A stretch of 64,000 bases of DNA from Takakia lepidozioides (Eukaryota; Plantae; Bryophyta), in contig CM060733.1 in NCBI GenBank assembly GCA_030704615.1, positions 3,100,001 through 3,164,000 of the forward strand, written 5' to 3'. The number at the start of each line of letters is the position of its first letter. Position 1 is the stretch's first letter. Made by a program: the position numbers and the translations under genes. The notes beneath the pieces were generated by a model. The model made no database searches. It was not told the origin of the DNA and was given only the letters and a program-made list of their open reading frames with translations. Shown in pieces: positions 13,150 through 25,627 of this stretch.

Positions 13150-14620
13150 CACTACTTCTCCACTAATGCTGATATCGAATACTCCAAAGACCTTTGTATC
13201 TCTGAATTTCTTGGTGTAAAGGCCCTTTTATTACTATACTTTTCCAATGTAAGAACGGGAAATCCTAGAATAGCAGTAATCCAAGATGCCTTCAAAATGC
13301 AGGGATTGGTTGTATCATCCTCAACTGTTTGTAGTGGATGACACAATCTTCACTATTCCACGAACAGATTTGCAAGTATTGCAATAGTACCGCACATCCC
13401 ATTTCTCACATACTCGCTTTAATGGAGGAGTCGCTTGCTGAATTACTTGAAGATCTCCAGCAACCTGCCAAAGCATATAAGTTTTGCTATTATTTTTTAT
13501 ACAAAATGAATAAATAAATAATTGAAAACGTAGATATTACCTCTCTTGTTGTGAGCTTATTGTGTACTGCAGTCAAGCGTAGCACCACATCGTCGTCTGG
13601 TGCAGGAATTAAAATAATTGAGCTCTATGTTGTTGTGAGAATCCTTGATCCTATGGTTGTGCACATAACATTTTTGACAAGAGCGGTTGCAGGTTTCCCA
13701 GTTCCAAAGACAGTCACCAATTGCTGATAGATGGAATAGAATTCAGGGTAGAATGAGAGAACTTGACTATCTTCAGATCTGTCCCCATCAGCAACCAGCA
13801 ATTCGTAACGACTTTTGTTCACAGGACCAATCACAGAGTGAACGACCACAGTAAACACTCCAGTTTTGAATGGAGACACATTCTGAAATAGTATCCTGAT
13901 GGATGAAGTGAAGGGTAATTGGAAATTTACGAATTTCCTCGATCTTCGCTGTGGAAGTTTCGATTTTGATGACATGCGGTGAATCTCCTGTTTCGAACTT
14001 TGATTTTTTTCCCAATATAAAATTATTATTTTTGATATAGTTTCCAGGACACAACATTTCTGAGCAAAGAAGCAAATTGCTCTTTGCACGTCAGTGTGCT
14101 CGTGTTGAAACCTGTGTTATTTGTTAGATCACAGTGCAAAAAATTCACAATGGCACTTCCGGAATGGTAAGTCCCGTAACGGGACATTATAAGCATTCCA
14201 TCTCCAACCATTCCAGTGATGTATCTAGATGTCAACGTTGTCTCCTGACAGTGGATGTCTGCTACGACTTAGGTGATTATGTCAAACAACTCACAAAGGC
14301 AACTACGTGCAACTGGAGTGCAACTAGAGTGCAACGACGTGCAATTGTATTGTATTCATGATTTGATTTGATGATTTATTGATTTGAAGTTTGATTTGAT
14401 GTTGATTTTGAAATAAGGCCAAAGCTTTATACACCGAGTGATCTCCAACAAGAATGATCTGCTTCAGTTCCTTCATTTGGGTGATAATATCAGTCTCTGC
14501 TTCTACTTGTTGTGTATCTTCATCAATTATTACGCAATTAAAAGCTTCAACGATCGTTGGTCTTCTATGGAGACAGTGCAAAAAAACAATGCGAGCATTC
14601 TCCATGCATTCCATCTCCAA
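13150..14620 (-). pseudogene. Degenerate UPF1/DNA2-like SF1 helicase-related fragments
   Basis: FNCVIIDEDTQQVEAETDII..KQIILVGDH (14324-14620 ORF) resembles the VIIDEAxQ..E..ILVGDH motifs II/III. A GTGK sequence lies in 13625-14089. Heavily decayed. Confidence 0.5.
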
Positions 14621-14764
14621 CCAATGTCTCTGTCAATTCAGAAAACAACTCAGTGCCAAAACTTCCTAGTTTTCCAAATCCATTTTCGTCTTTGTTGTAT
14701 CACGAGGAAAGCTTGCAGCGTCTTTACATTCCAGAATTTGTTGAGGAAATAAATTTATTCCATT

Positions 14765-15655
14765 CTTAAACCATATGCTTAATGACAACATGTGCAATAT
14801 GCATGCAAAATTAGGCAATGAACTGACATCATCTGCACCCAAAACCATATTTTCTTCCCCCATTTGCACTCCAAGGTTGAGTTCTCTTCAAGTTCATGCA
14901 TTGTCGATGAGCATATTTCTTAATGTTGCTTATCTTTTGAGACTTTGCATATGTGATTTGGACATACTTAAGCGCGTGTGGACCAAATATGACTTGAACC
15001 AAGTTCATTCAATGCGTCATTCAAGTATTGAACATACGTGTTTTAGAGACGAAAAACTGCATTTCGTTTGCACATGATTTTATTTTTATTCCGTTCTTAA
15101 ACCATATGCTTAATGACAATATATGCAATGTGCGTGAAAAATTTGAGAGTGAATAAAAACCATTTGGCCCCAAAACCGTATTTTCTTCCCTCATTTGCAC
15201 TCCAAAGTTGAATTGTCTTCAACTTCATGCACTATTCATAGAGAGTTCTGCAATAGTGAACGAAAATAACATTTTTTTATTTTTTATTTGTTTTTGGTCC
15301 AATATTTTGCACGGATGTAGTGGTGCAAGGGTCGAATTCACATAACAAAACACAACCAAAAAACAATTATTACGTAGCAACAATCCCCAATCCTAGACTC
15401 CCAAGCAAGAGGGCACTTGCGACGCCCCAGCAAGCCTGCGACTGCGGGGAATTGCAACCTCGCCATTGTGGCATTTCGGCAACGTCTGGACGTCGCAAAC
15501 CCCAGCGCGAGCTGACTCGGCCCTCCCCACGCGCCTAAGTGTGAGGGGGTGTTGTTGCGATTCCCGGTAGTCGCAGCCTTGCGGGAGCGTCGCAGAGGGT
15601 ACGTGCGATGTCTGGGCGTTGCAACCCCCAGCTCGCTGGCGGTTCACGGTTTAAA
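14765..15655. repeat. Copy 2 of the AT-rich repeat (with internal duplication), followed by GCGAC/GTCGC-rich CACTA-like subterminal sequence
   Basis: Similar to 5340-5760. 14765-14900 duplicates 15095-15240. A GCGAC/GTCGC cluster lies at 15415-15640. Confidence 0.65.
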
Positions 15656-15797
15656 AGCGTAGATGATAGATGATAACAGTTACATAACTTAATAGAAGAA
15701 CTAAGAAGCTGTCAACTTTCTCTCATATCCAACAATTTATCAGATACCTCTATCTTCACCTGTTAGATATAACGGTTTTAGACCATGATATTAACTT

Positions 15798-16047
15798 AGC
15801 AGTGCTAAAGATGGATGGTGGTTGACTTAGTACTTCATCCCAGGTGGGTGATGCATAGATTGACCATGGATTGAGATAACCAATGATATATTGGGCAAGG
15901 CTAATGATGGCTTGTGGATTGATAAATCTAGCAGTGCTATTTAGATGGATGGTGGTTGATTTAGTACTTCATGGGTGGTGCTTAGATTGACCATGGATTG
16001 AGATAAGCAAGGCAATACTAATGATGGCTTGTGGATTGATAAATCCA
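15798..16047. repeat. Two-copy tandem duplication (about 130 bp)
   Basis: AGCAGTGCTA..GATGGATGGTGGTTGA..AGATTGACCATGGATTGAGATAA..CTAATGATGGCTTGTGGATTGATAAATC occurs twice. Confidence 0.8.
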
Positions 16048-16204
16048 GTTATCTTAATAAGTAAAGCACTGTTTAAGGTAACCAAGATGATATATTCAAC
16101 AGGTATATAATATGGATATTGACAGAATCAGAGGTATTAACCCTCATTTGAACCCTTTTTCTAGATTGATATTTGTGGGTGGATATTTATGGGCCACAAT
16201 ATAT

Positions 16205-17340
16205 AGGCGGAGATTTGAACCTATCTAATCTTAGGGTCCAAGCTACTTTTAGCCAAGCGAATGCAAAACCTTTGCATTTGGGATTGAACCCACAACCTCT
16301 AATCTTAAGGTCCAAGCTACTTTTAGGGCTAAGATACTTGTAGACCCAAGCAAATGCAAAGACCTTGCCTTTGGGGATTGAACCCACAATTTAATCTTAA
16401 GGTCCAAGCTATTTTTAGTCTTAAGGTACTTGTAGATCCAGACGATGCCTTTGGGGATTGAACCCACAACCTCCTTCAAATCCAAAAGGCCTTAAGGTCC
16501 AAGATACTTTTAGCCTTATATTACCTTGCCTTAAGGGATTGAACCCACAACCTCCTGAACTCTAAAATGAACTACCTATTTTTATTCCAAAAGGCCTTAA
16601 GGTCCAAGCTACTTTTAGCCTTATAGTACCTTGCCTTAAGGGATTGAACCCACAACTCTAATAGCCTTAAGTACTTGTACCTTGCGGGATTGAACCCACA
16701 ACCTCCTGAGCTCTAAAATGAACTACCTATCTTTAATCCAAAAGGCCTTAAGGTCCAAGCTACTTTTAGCCTTATAGTACCTTGCCTTAAGGGATTGAAC
16801 CCACAACCTCCTGAACTCTAAAATGAACTACCTATTCTTAATCCAAAGGCCTTAAGGTCCAAGATACTTTTAGCCCTATAGTACCTTGCCCTGACCTTGC
16901 CTTAAGGGATTGAACCCACAACCTCCTGACCTCTAAAATGAACTACCTATTTTTAATCCAAAAGGCCTTAAGGTCCAAGATACTTTTAGCCTTATAGTAC
17001 CTTGCCTTAAGGCATTGAACCCACAACCTCCTGACCTTTAAAATGAACTACCTATTTTTAATCCAAAAAGCCTTAAGGTCCAAGATACTTTTAGCCTTAT
17101 AGTACCTTGCCTTAAGGGATTGAATCCACAACCTCCTGAACTCTAAAATGAACTACCTATTTTTAATCCAAAAGTTCTTAAGGTCCAAGATACTTTTAGC
17201 CTTATAGTACCTTGCCTTAAGGGATTGAACCCACAACCTCCTGAACTCTAAAATGAACTACCTATTTTTAATCCAAAAGGCCTTAAGGTCCAAGCTATTT
17301 TTAGCCTTATAGCCTTAAGGACCCAAGCGAATGCGAAGAC
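16205..17340 (-). repeat. Minisatellite array (about 105-bp unit, shorter degenerate units on the left) containing a tRNA T-arm/B-box motif
   Basis: Unit GCCTTAAGGTCCAAGATACTTTTAGCCTTATAGTACCTTGCCTTAAGGGATTGAACCCACAACCTCCTGAACTCTAAAATGAACTACCTATTTTTAATCCAAAAG. On the minus strand it carries GGTTGTGGGTTCAATCCC. Confidence 0.9.
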
Positions 17341-17761
17341 CCTGCCTAAAGGCATGGCCAATAAATGTATATGCAGAAAAACCTAATCTCAATGGCCACA
17401 TGGCTTGATCCCATTTGCCCATCAGATTACATGACCTCGAAGCCACACATCAGCTTCAGCATGTCTTATCACGTTACTGTTTATAACAAGGGATAAAGCT
17501 TAAAATGCAAAAGATAGCCGATGCACCAAATTTTTAACTGTTTCCTGCTTTTCATCCAAAGCTCACAAAAGAGAATATGTGCATTAGTGGAATCGGTGGC
17601 CCCACATGCTTGGTAAGGGTGGAATTGTTGTTTCCGCACGAAGAGATTGCAGATAAATGTTGCATCGGCAGGCCTGCTTTATGTGAGTTCTTCGTGTAAC
17701 AAAACATATGTACCAATTAAGCATTTGGACTCTTTGAAGGCTTATGATTATCTGCATTACT

Positions 17762-20700
17762 ATGGAAGGGTTCGGATCCCTCCCCATTCTGTTTGTTGTG
17801 GGAGTGTGCATTGTAGCAATCTTGGTGCAATTTCAGCGTTCCGGATCCTTAAGGAAGTCACCGTCTGGAGCTCGACTTCCCAAAGGGACCTATGGGTGGC
17901 CATTGATTGGGGAATCCCTCTCTCTCTCTGAGGATGGTGTAGGCGTCTTCGTGGGGTCAAGGATTAAGAAGTACGTAAATTGCCACTTTCACTTGTGATT
18001 TTTCGTTGTATATATAGCTCTCGAGTTTTCTAACCAGTGGCTACATCTATTCTGCATGTACCTACGTTCACAATGTCCATCAATGCCAATGTGCATTTGT
18101 CATGCAAATGCAAGCTGATCCCGCCTATTTCCTCATCTTCTTTCTTTAGCTTCCTCCTTCGCATATTTCCTTAGTTCTTGAACTGTAACATTTTGACTCA
18201 ACAAAAGTGGTGTACACGGCGATGAGGTGCATGGAATTTTAATGAGCAACATTATTCTTTATGTTTCTACAGTTCTCACTTCGCTACTATGACGTTTTCC
18301 AGTCATGTCTACTTTCTAATTTCTTTTTTGAAACTGAGCTAGAAGTTATACATGACTCACTTCTAGAACTTCATATTTGTAGGGTTGGAGGCCACACAAT
18401 ATACCTTCCAATATACCTTCACTCCGAATAAGGACAATTGTACTAAATAACCAAATTGCCTTCTTGGAGAGAGAAGACTCCGGCCTGCATAACCAAAGAG
18501 CCATTGAACGCCTTGCGGATATTGTCCCCCCTTTGGGATTAGGCTCTATGTGCCTGGAATAATTACTCCAAACTTTGCATAAATGTATACATACATAAAT
18601 GTACATGTCTGTCTACAGAGATAAATGTGTGAGATGTGTAGGCCGCGTCCTTCTGCACGATCATGTGAATGATGTGTATCTGGCTCATTGTAGATATGGC
18701 AATGTGTTCAAAACACACATGTTGGGGTCGCCTACTATTGTTGTTACATCTCCAGAGACCATCAAGATGATTCTAACAGACTACACGAACTTCACTGAGG
18801 GTAGCATCCGCAGCATCAAGGCTATGACCGGGGCTGGATTTGTGTCAATGTTCGGGGGTACGAAGCACAACCTTCTGAAGAAGGTTTTGCAAAAGCCTCT
18901 CATTCCAGAATCCTTGCGATTTCATATCATTGCAATCGAGAAATTGGCCGTGGACACCATGAATTCATGGGATGCAACAACAATAAAGGCCTCCAAAGGA
19001 ATGAAACATGTAAGAATTAGGTTTTGTTGGATTCGCTTGTTTGTTCGTCATGCTTTCTTACACTATAAACTGTGGTTCTAATCCACCCATGCCTCCATGC
19101 CTCCACAAGCTTGATATCAATGCAGCACGTTTTACATTTTATCCTCGACACCTTTAATTAGTATGTGCTGTCAAACACGTCAAGTCTTCTATGTACGTTG
19201 CGAGGTTTTAAGCTGAAAATACAGCAGGCCTAGAGATTTGAGTCATAGATCATACCTTCTAATTGCACATGTGGGAATTTTCATGTGCAGTATGTGTATC
19301 TGTAGCTTTGAGACTCATATTTGGCCTCGAAATGACTGACGAGTGTTCGGAAGAGCTCTTGGAGATCTACGCGAAAGTTGGAAAGGGCATTGTATCGCTA
19401 CCTATCAATTTTCCGGGCTTTGCCTTCCATAAAGCACACCAGGTCGTTTGGAACTCCAAAATCGCATGAGAGTTCCATTTCTCATGTATAAAGTTGTTCA
19501 AATACTTATGTCTATATGGTTATTCGTATGTATGTACAACTTGTCTTTCAACTCTAGCAAGAAACTTGAATTTGTCTGCTGCACGAAAATCACCTACAGA
19601 TAAACAACAAATTAATCAATCAATTATATGGTAGCGGAGTTAGATCGTTCCAACAAAATAAATTTGTGAATTATATAGGTGGGTAACAAAAGTTTTTCCG
19701 ATGATGGGTAGCTTCAAGTGTGGCAAATGAGATAGTTAATTAAGAAACCTCTGTCAGGACTACTACTTAACCCAACTTGACAGCTTATCTAAGTTCCATA
19801 CATAATACAAGATTAACATACAGTGTCTAGACAAGAGATTAGATCACGAATCTTTGAGATTGATCCAGAATATGGCTTACTTTGATGCGGTGCTAGATAC
19901 AACATTTATATTGCTGTCAGAGCCGATCGACATTCTACAGCTGTGTACATAGACTAACTATTTGTTACAATGTCATTCTTTTTTTCTCCCAGGCTAGGAC
20001 CAAAGGATGTGCAACATTGCAGAAGTTATTGAATGAGAGACGTAAAGATGACCCCAACAAACGTCGCGACATATTGAGTTCTCTACTGGAGTATCAAAAA
20101 GATTTTGCTGGAAAAGAGGAACAAATGGATGATGACCAACTAATGGACATGCTCATTGGCACTTTATTTGCAGCCCATGATACCACATCTAGCATGATGG
20201 TCTGGCTCGTTAAGCTTCTCGAAGATCACCCTGAAGTCCTTGCAACTGTTGTGGTCAGTATCAAATCTTTCATTTCGTTGTTCTCTGAAGTATTTTGTCA
20301 ACATGCACAGTTCTGCTAGTTATATAAACACAAATCAATTTTAGGCTGCGGACACATTATTATGTTTAATCCCAATTTAACTTTGTCATTGGTAACTAAA
20401 CATACATGTATAAAGAGTTTACTACATTAAATTCCCAAAAGACACCTCTCTTCATTGCATGTCGTTGGTCACTCCATTTAATGTCGAGAGGTCAAATGTG
20501 GTCGAGATGTGCACTAGACAGAGAGGCTTTCATTATGCTAAAATGATCAATTCGAAACATTGACCTGGGCTTGCAGTTATTTCCTTACAGACTGAGCAGC
20601 AGGCAATTCGGGATAGCAAAACATCACCCGATGAGCCCCTCACGTTGGAAGACCTCAAGAAGATGACCTACACAACACAGGTAATGGGCACGTAATGGGC

Positions 20701-21858
20701 ATTGGGAAGTGGGTATTTGTAAATCACACCCAAGTGGGGATACACATACATTTCATCACGCGCTACATCTACAAAACCATGATCCATGCTTTCTTAAATT
20801 AATCTTCACATCGACACCCAAATTTTGCCCATGCTTAAAGTCACAAGTGCTCATGAACACAATTGGACTCTTTAACATAGTTGGCTCTTTTGAATCTCAA
20901 ATGACAGTCCAACTGGTTATTATGATGAGGGCATTGGATTAGGGTTGTGGAGGGTGTGAAATTATTCATTAACAACGTGGAGTGGACTCCGGCAGGTGAT
21001 ACAAGAGACTTTGAGGAATCCAACAGTGGTGAGCTCAATCTTCCGGAGGGCAGTCAATGATGTTGAGTGCAATGGTACTACCACAACTTCTTTTTTCCAT
21101 CATCATATTAAATGCACATGTAAAACACAAGTTCTGTAAGAATCTTGATCTTGAATCGTGTATACATGATTGTTGTCTTATTATATGGATATGCTTATTT
21201 GTTGGTCGTGCAGGGTTTCTAATCCCAAAAGGTTGGAGTGTCCTCGTTAGTTTTCATAGTGTCCACTTCGATCCAAACATCTATCCAGATCCCTACACTT
21301 TCAATCCGTCACGCTTTGAGGTATGACACGGAACACAATCATCGAGTTCACTTCTCAAATAGTCTATTGAATGTTCCAGAAATTCCATGGTCATGCAAAG
21401 AACGTGAAAGTGTCAAGTTTATCAAGAGTTACTTTATGGCAAAGAATTGTGAATACTTCTGTTTGAGGTGGGATAGTCGTGTGCAGAGAACTCAAAAGCC
21501 CAACACATTCATTCCGTTCGGTTGTGGCATCCACATGTGTGTCGGCAATGACCTCAACAAGATAGAAGCTCTTATATTTCTGTACCATTTTGTACTAAAT
21601 TTCCGGTACGTCGTCCTCTTATCCCGTGAGTGTGTCGAATAGTATGCGAGCTAAGAATGCTCAATTTCTCTACAACTATTTATGAAGCAAGCTAGGCTAT
21701 GATGGATTCAGGATTATATTGCAATGTTTCTCAAGCTAAATATTTCAATGTTCTCTTGCAGATGGAAGCATGTTGGCCCCCCCGACACACGAATTGATTG
21801 GTTTGCATTTCCACTTCCCAAGGATGGGCACCCTATCAGAGTAGAGCGCAAGTTGTGA
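17762..21858 (+). CDS. Cytochrome P450, CYP85 clan, CYP707 (ABA 8'-hydroxylase)-like; 9 exons; apparent 1-bp deletion in exon 3
   Basis: Exons 17762-17970, 18694-19009, 19291-19442, 19993-20253, 20591-20680, 20996-21074, 21214-21320, 21487-21605 and 21762-21858, all GT-AG. Motifs LPKGTYGWPLIGES, YGNVFKTHMLGSP, FAAHDTT, ETLR, IPKGW, FNPSRF, and heme motif KPNTFIPFGCGIHMCVGNDL. Confidence 0.93.
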
Positions 21859-22339
21859 TATGCGCACATCATTGTGCAATCCTTGGTCAACAAGACCATC
21901 TATTTCTGTCCGTAGTGAAAATCCCCCAGAGAGACCCTATTAGAAAAGAGAGAAGACTCCGCTTGACCGCTGAGTAACTAAGAGCCACCTCGTCAAAGCC
22001 TACTAGCCGTTTATGGGTCTATAGGAAAGGGGTGGAGGTGATTATACAGCTGCAAGTGTTCATGAACAGATGTGACTCTTCACCTACATGAAACCTAGAC
22101 TTATGGATGAGATTATATCATTCCAAAGTGCAGATTGTAAGAGAAAGGCATCGTGACAAGCAAAGTGTCCCTTGGAGTAGCATCCACGGAAGGCACCTCC
22201 CGATCTGATTTGAGGACTTCGCCGGCCCGAGCTCTTGGAGAATCTATCACTGGTGTCCCCCTCCCTGATTTCTTACATTGATCCCATCTGAAGGTTGTGT
22301 CAAAGACAGCTTCCCTGTGAAGGTCTGATACATTTGCTC

Positions 22340-23370
22340 ACATCACTAGTGCCCCCAAGGGCTTTAGGGGCAAGAATTCTGTCGGACCATACTCTTGTCT
22401 TCGGCACTTTGACATGCCCCTATTCTTGATCCATTTCCGTGTCAATAAATCTTGGGTTTTCCATCTCAGGGGAATGTAAATCTTTAAGATTGTTCTTGCG
22501 GGACTCAGGAGTGGTATAGATTGAGTCTTGTATAAAGTCAGACCGGCCAAGCAGATATACCAAGCCAGCGCCATGGGATGCCAAACGGGATGATTGTATT
22601 TGCACAATTATAAAGAATGAGGTACTGGCCGATAGGGGCGCTAGGATTGTGGGCCATAGACTCAGCGTAAAATGGCAGCCAGACTGATGAGTGCGGCATG
22701 AATAGATAAGCCACTCTCCAGGGGGTGTGGTGTGTCGACGTCTTCACACTCACGTTTGGCAGGGCACTGTTGAAGGGTTTCGCTACAACTCGACTATTTA
22801 TCATTGTACAGTACCAAGTGACAATGGTGGCCACCTCTTAGCAAGAAATGAGCTAAAGGTTCTAGTCGATCGTATGTGGAAGGTGCTGTCGGATGGAGAA
22901 GTCCTGCTGCCAAATTAGATGATGCCAGCTTTCATTGCCCGCATCAAAAGTTAGAGGGTGATGGCGGCCCTGGCATAATCCGCCTCCTCTGCACATTCGG
23001 GCTAGCTGGTACTGTATCACGTTCAAATTTACTCATGCGTGTCACATGCTGCCAACCAAGAATCCCCTCTGGATGTATATTCAACACTTTAGAACTCAAT
23101 GCTCCAGTTTGTACATACCGTCAATTGACAGTTTCAGCTCGATCTTGCACACACCGAAATATTTCTCGTGGATTTCCATAGATAGCATAAACAGTCTATG
23201 GAACGGACGCGCATGCAGTGATGTTGTTCCATACCAATGTAAAGGAGAGGGTGCTGGACAATGTAATTCGATCTCCTTCAGACCAACTGGAGCCGAAAAC
23301 CAGTTCATACAATACCTGGCTTCTTGGAGCATGGACTACGTTCCTATTGGAGACCCATCTTATTAGTGAA
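22340..23370 (-). pseudogene. Highly degenerate coding remnant, possibly MULE/SWIM-type
   Basis: Only weak motif traces (CANTIIPFGIPW resembling SWIM CxC..GIPCxH); many stops. Confidence 0.25.
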
Positions 23371-23560
23371 CTCAGTCCGGAAAAGTGTTGTTTTTCCCTT
23401 ATAATTTGTAACTTCGGCTGTTTGTAACTTTCCCTTGTCTTTGCTGAGGCTCCATGAAGAGGTTTCCTTGTAAAGTTTGATCTGGATCTTGCCCATTCCC
23501 TCTTGCTAAAAAGAAAACACATGAAATTATATAACGTCCACAGGGGTCTGAGGACATGGG

Positions 23561-25627
23561 AAATGAAATGAAATGGTGCTTTATAACGTCCGCGGAAAAG
23601 CTCATAGAGCTTATGGGACAAAATGAAATGAAATGAAATGAAATGGTGCTTAAAAACGTCCGCGGAAAGCTCATAGAGCTTATGGGACAAAATGGAAGGA
23701 AGAACATGAGAGAAAATAGGAAAACCAGAGTCAGAGAAAAGGATTGTCTAAGGGTGAATGCCTCGTGCAGGTAGGCTGCCAAACATTTATGATCCTCATA
23801 GTGGAAGACTTCAGTGAGAGATTGGGTTCCACGGAATAGACAATGGAATCTCCCACGGATCTCATAGTATAGGGGGCAATAGAAGAAGAAGTGTTCTTCA
23901 ATTTCAATTTCCTGGTTGCGCCCTGTGCAAGCAGGACATAGGCAGTCCTCCCGCTGCAGGTTTTCCCATCTGCCAATCTCTATCCATAGGTTGTGGGAGC
24001 CCACCCTGAACCGCCCCAAAGCCCTCAGGTGAGAAGGAGATAAAGAGGCTGAAAGGTAATTGGGCCGCAAGATTCTATCATCCCGGAGAACCAAGAATGT
24101 TTCTCGATAGAAATGGAGCTTTGTTGTGAGGTGGGGTAACTTCCAAGTTCTCCTGACGTGTAACTCCATGAGCTCCTTTCTAATGAGTTGGTTGCGGTCA
24201 TGTCTGGATGTGATTTCCACCTCTTATGGGTTTACTGGCAGAAGTGAAGCTATAGAGAGTCCATGGCGTTCAAAAAAGGTATCCACACGAGCATACCAGG
24301 ATTGTTTGAAGCCTGCATTTTTGAGTCTCATAGATGTTGTGAGGGTCCTGGCCACAAGCCCCTTGGGGGGAAGGCCTTGTAACCTATGCAGGAAAATTGT
24401 AAGCCGGAAGATGGCCTCAGTTTGGAGTGGCACACAGACAAATTCTGCATTCAATATGTGCGATGGAGTTGTGCCTCTGGCGCCAAGTATTGCTTGGAGG
24501 AAAGATGACTGCAATGGTTCCAGATTGTTTTCCCACCAGGAAACTGGGACTGCAGGTGCCCAAAATTCACAACCAAAAGTGGCATTGGGGGTGACTACGC
24601 TATCAAACAACCACTTCTTGGTCGGTGGGTGGCGCAGGTGTATCTGCTTGCATTTGGCCTGAAGGCGGATGGAGGCTGCCTTGCCTTTTGTCAATTTGTC
24701 CACTGCAGTGGCTGCAAAGTGGAATTTGGGGGAATGGATAACCAGCCCAAGATATCGGTAGGATTTGACTATCTCCACCTCTCGATTGTTAAGGAAGAAT
24801 CTGCGGTCGGCCTGCCCATTGAAAACCATGATCTTGGTTTTTGTAAGGTTGACTTGCAACCCATAGTCATTGGAGAACTGTTCCAAGATGTCGAGATGGC
24901 ATTGTAGGAAGATAGGAGAGTGCCAAAAGGGCAACATCATCCGCGTAGAGGAGATCTGATTGTGTTCGTCCTCCATCCAATGGCACACCAACTCCATGGT
25001 TTTTTGAGATGTAGACTTCCAAGGCGTCAATGTAGATTCCGAATAGGGTAGGCGAGAGGGGCAGCCTTGTTTGACCCCAATGTTGCTATAGACCTCAGCT
25101 GAGAATTCTCCTGCGACATTGACCAAGCCAGTGACGATCTCATACATGGAGGAAATATCATAGAGAATGTGTTGAGGGACTCCCACCTTCTGGAGCCTTT
25201 GGAAAAGAAGTTTGCGAGGAACCGAATCAAAAGCCTTGTGAAAGTCAATGAAGCAGACGTAAACCAATTTTTTGTCAAAGCGAGCACTTTCTAGCATAAC
25301 CTGAAGAGTGAAGATGTGGTCAAGAGTGGATCTGTTGCGACGGAAACCAGCTTGTCCCTTAGACCGCATGTGAGAGGATTCAGCCCAATCATCCAACTCC
25401 ATGGCCACTATTGCCCCAAACAAGTTAGCCAATAACGATGACACCATAATTGTGCGATAGTTGGTTGGTGCGAGCCTGTCACCGCTCTTGAAGAGGGGAT
25501 GGATGATGCTCTTTGTCCACTATGTTGGAAAGCCATGTTGCACTACCTCATTGAAGAGGTAAGCTATAAACGGGCCCAAAGTGGGTGTTGCGTGCTTGAT
25601 GAATTCACCCTGTAGCCCTGAAATATC
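23561..25627 (-). mobile_element. RTE-like non-LTR retrotransposon: RT domain, C-terminal Cys/His region, and duplicated 3' end with (CATTT)n tails
   Basis: NYRTIMV..QAGFRRNRSTLDHIFTL..FIDFHKAFDSVPR..GVKQGCP..KTKIM..YRYLG, and RFRVGSHNLWIEIGRW..CPAC..EEHFFFYCPLY. GAAAT repeats and a repeated 3' unit lie at 23561-23695. Confidence 0.9.
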
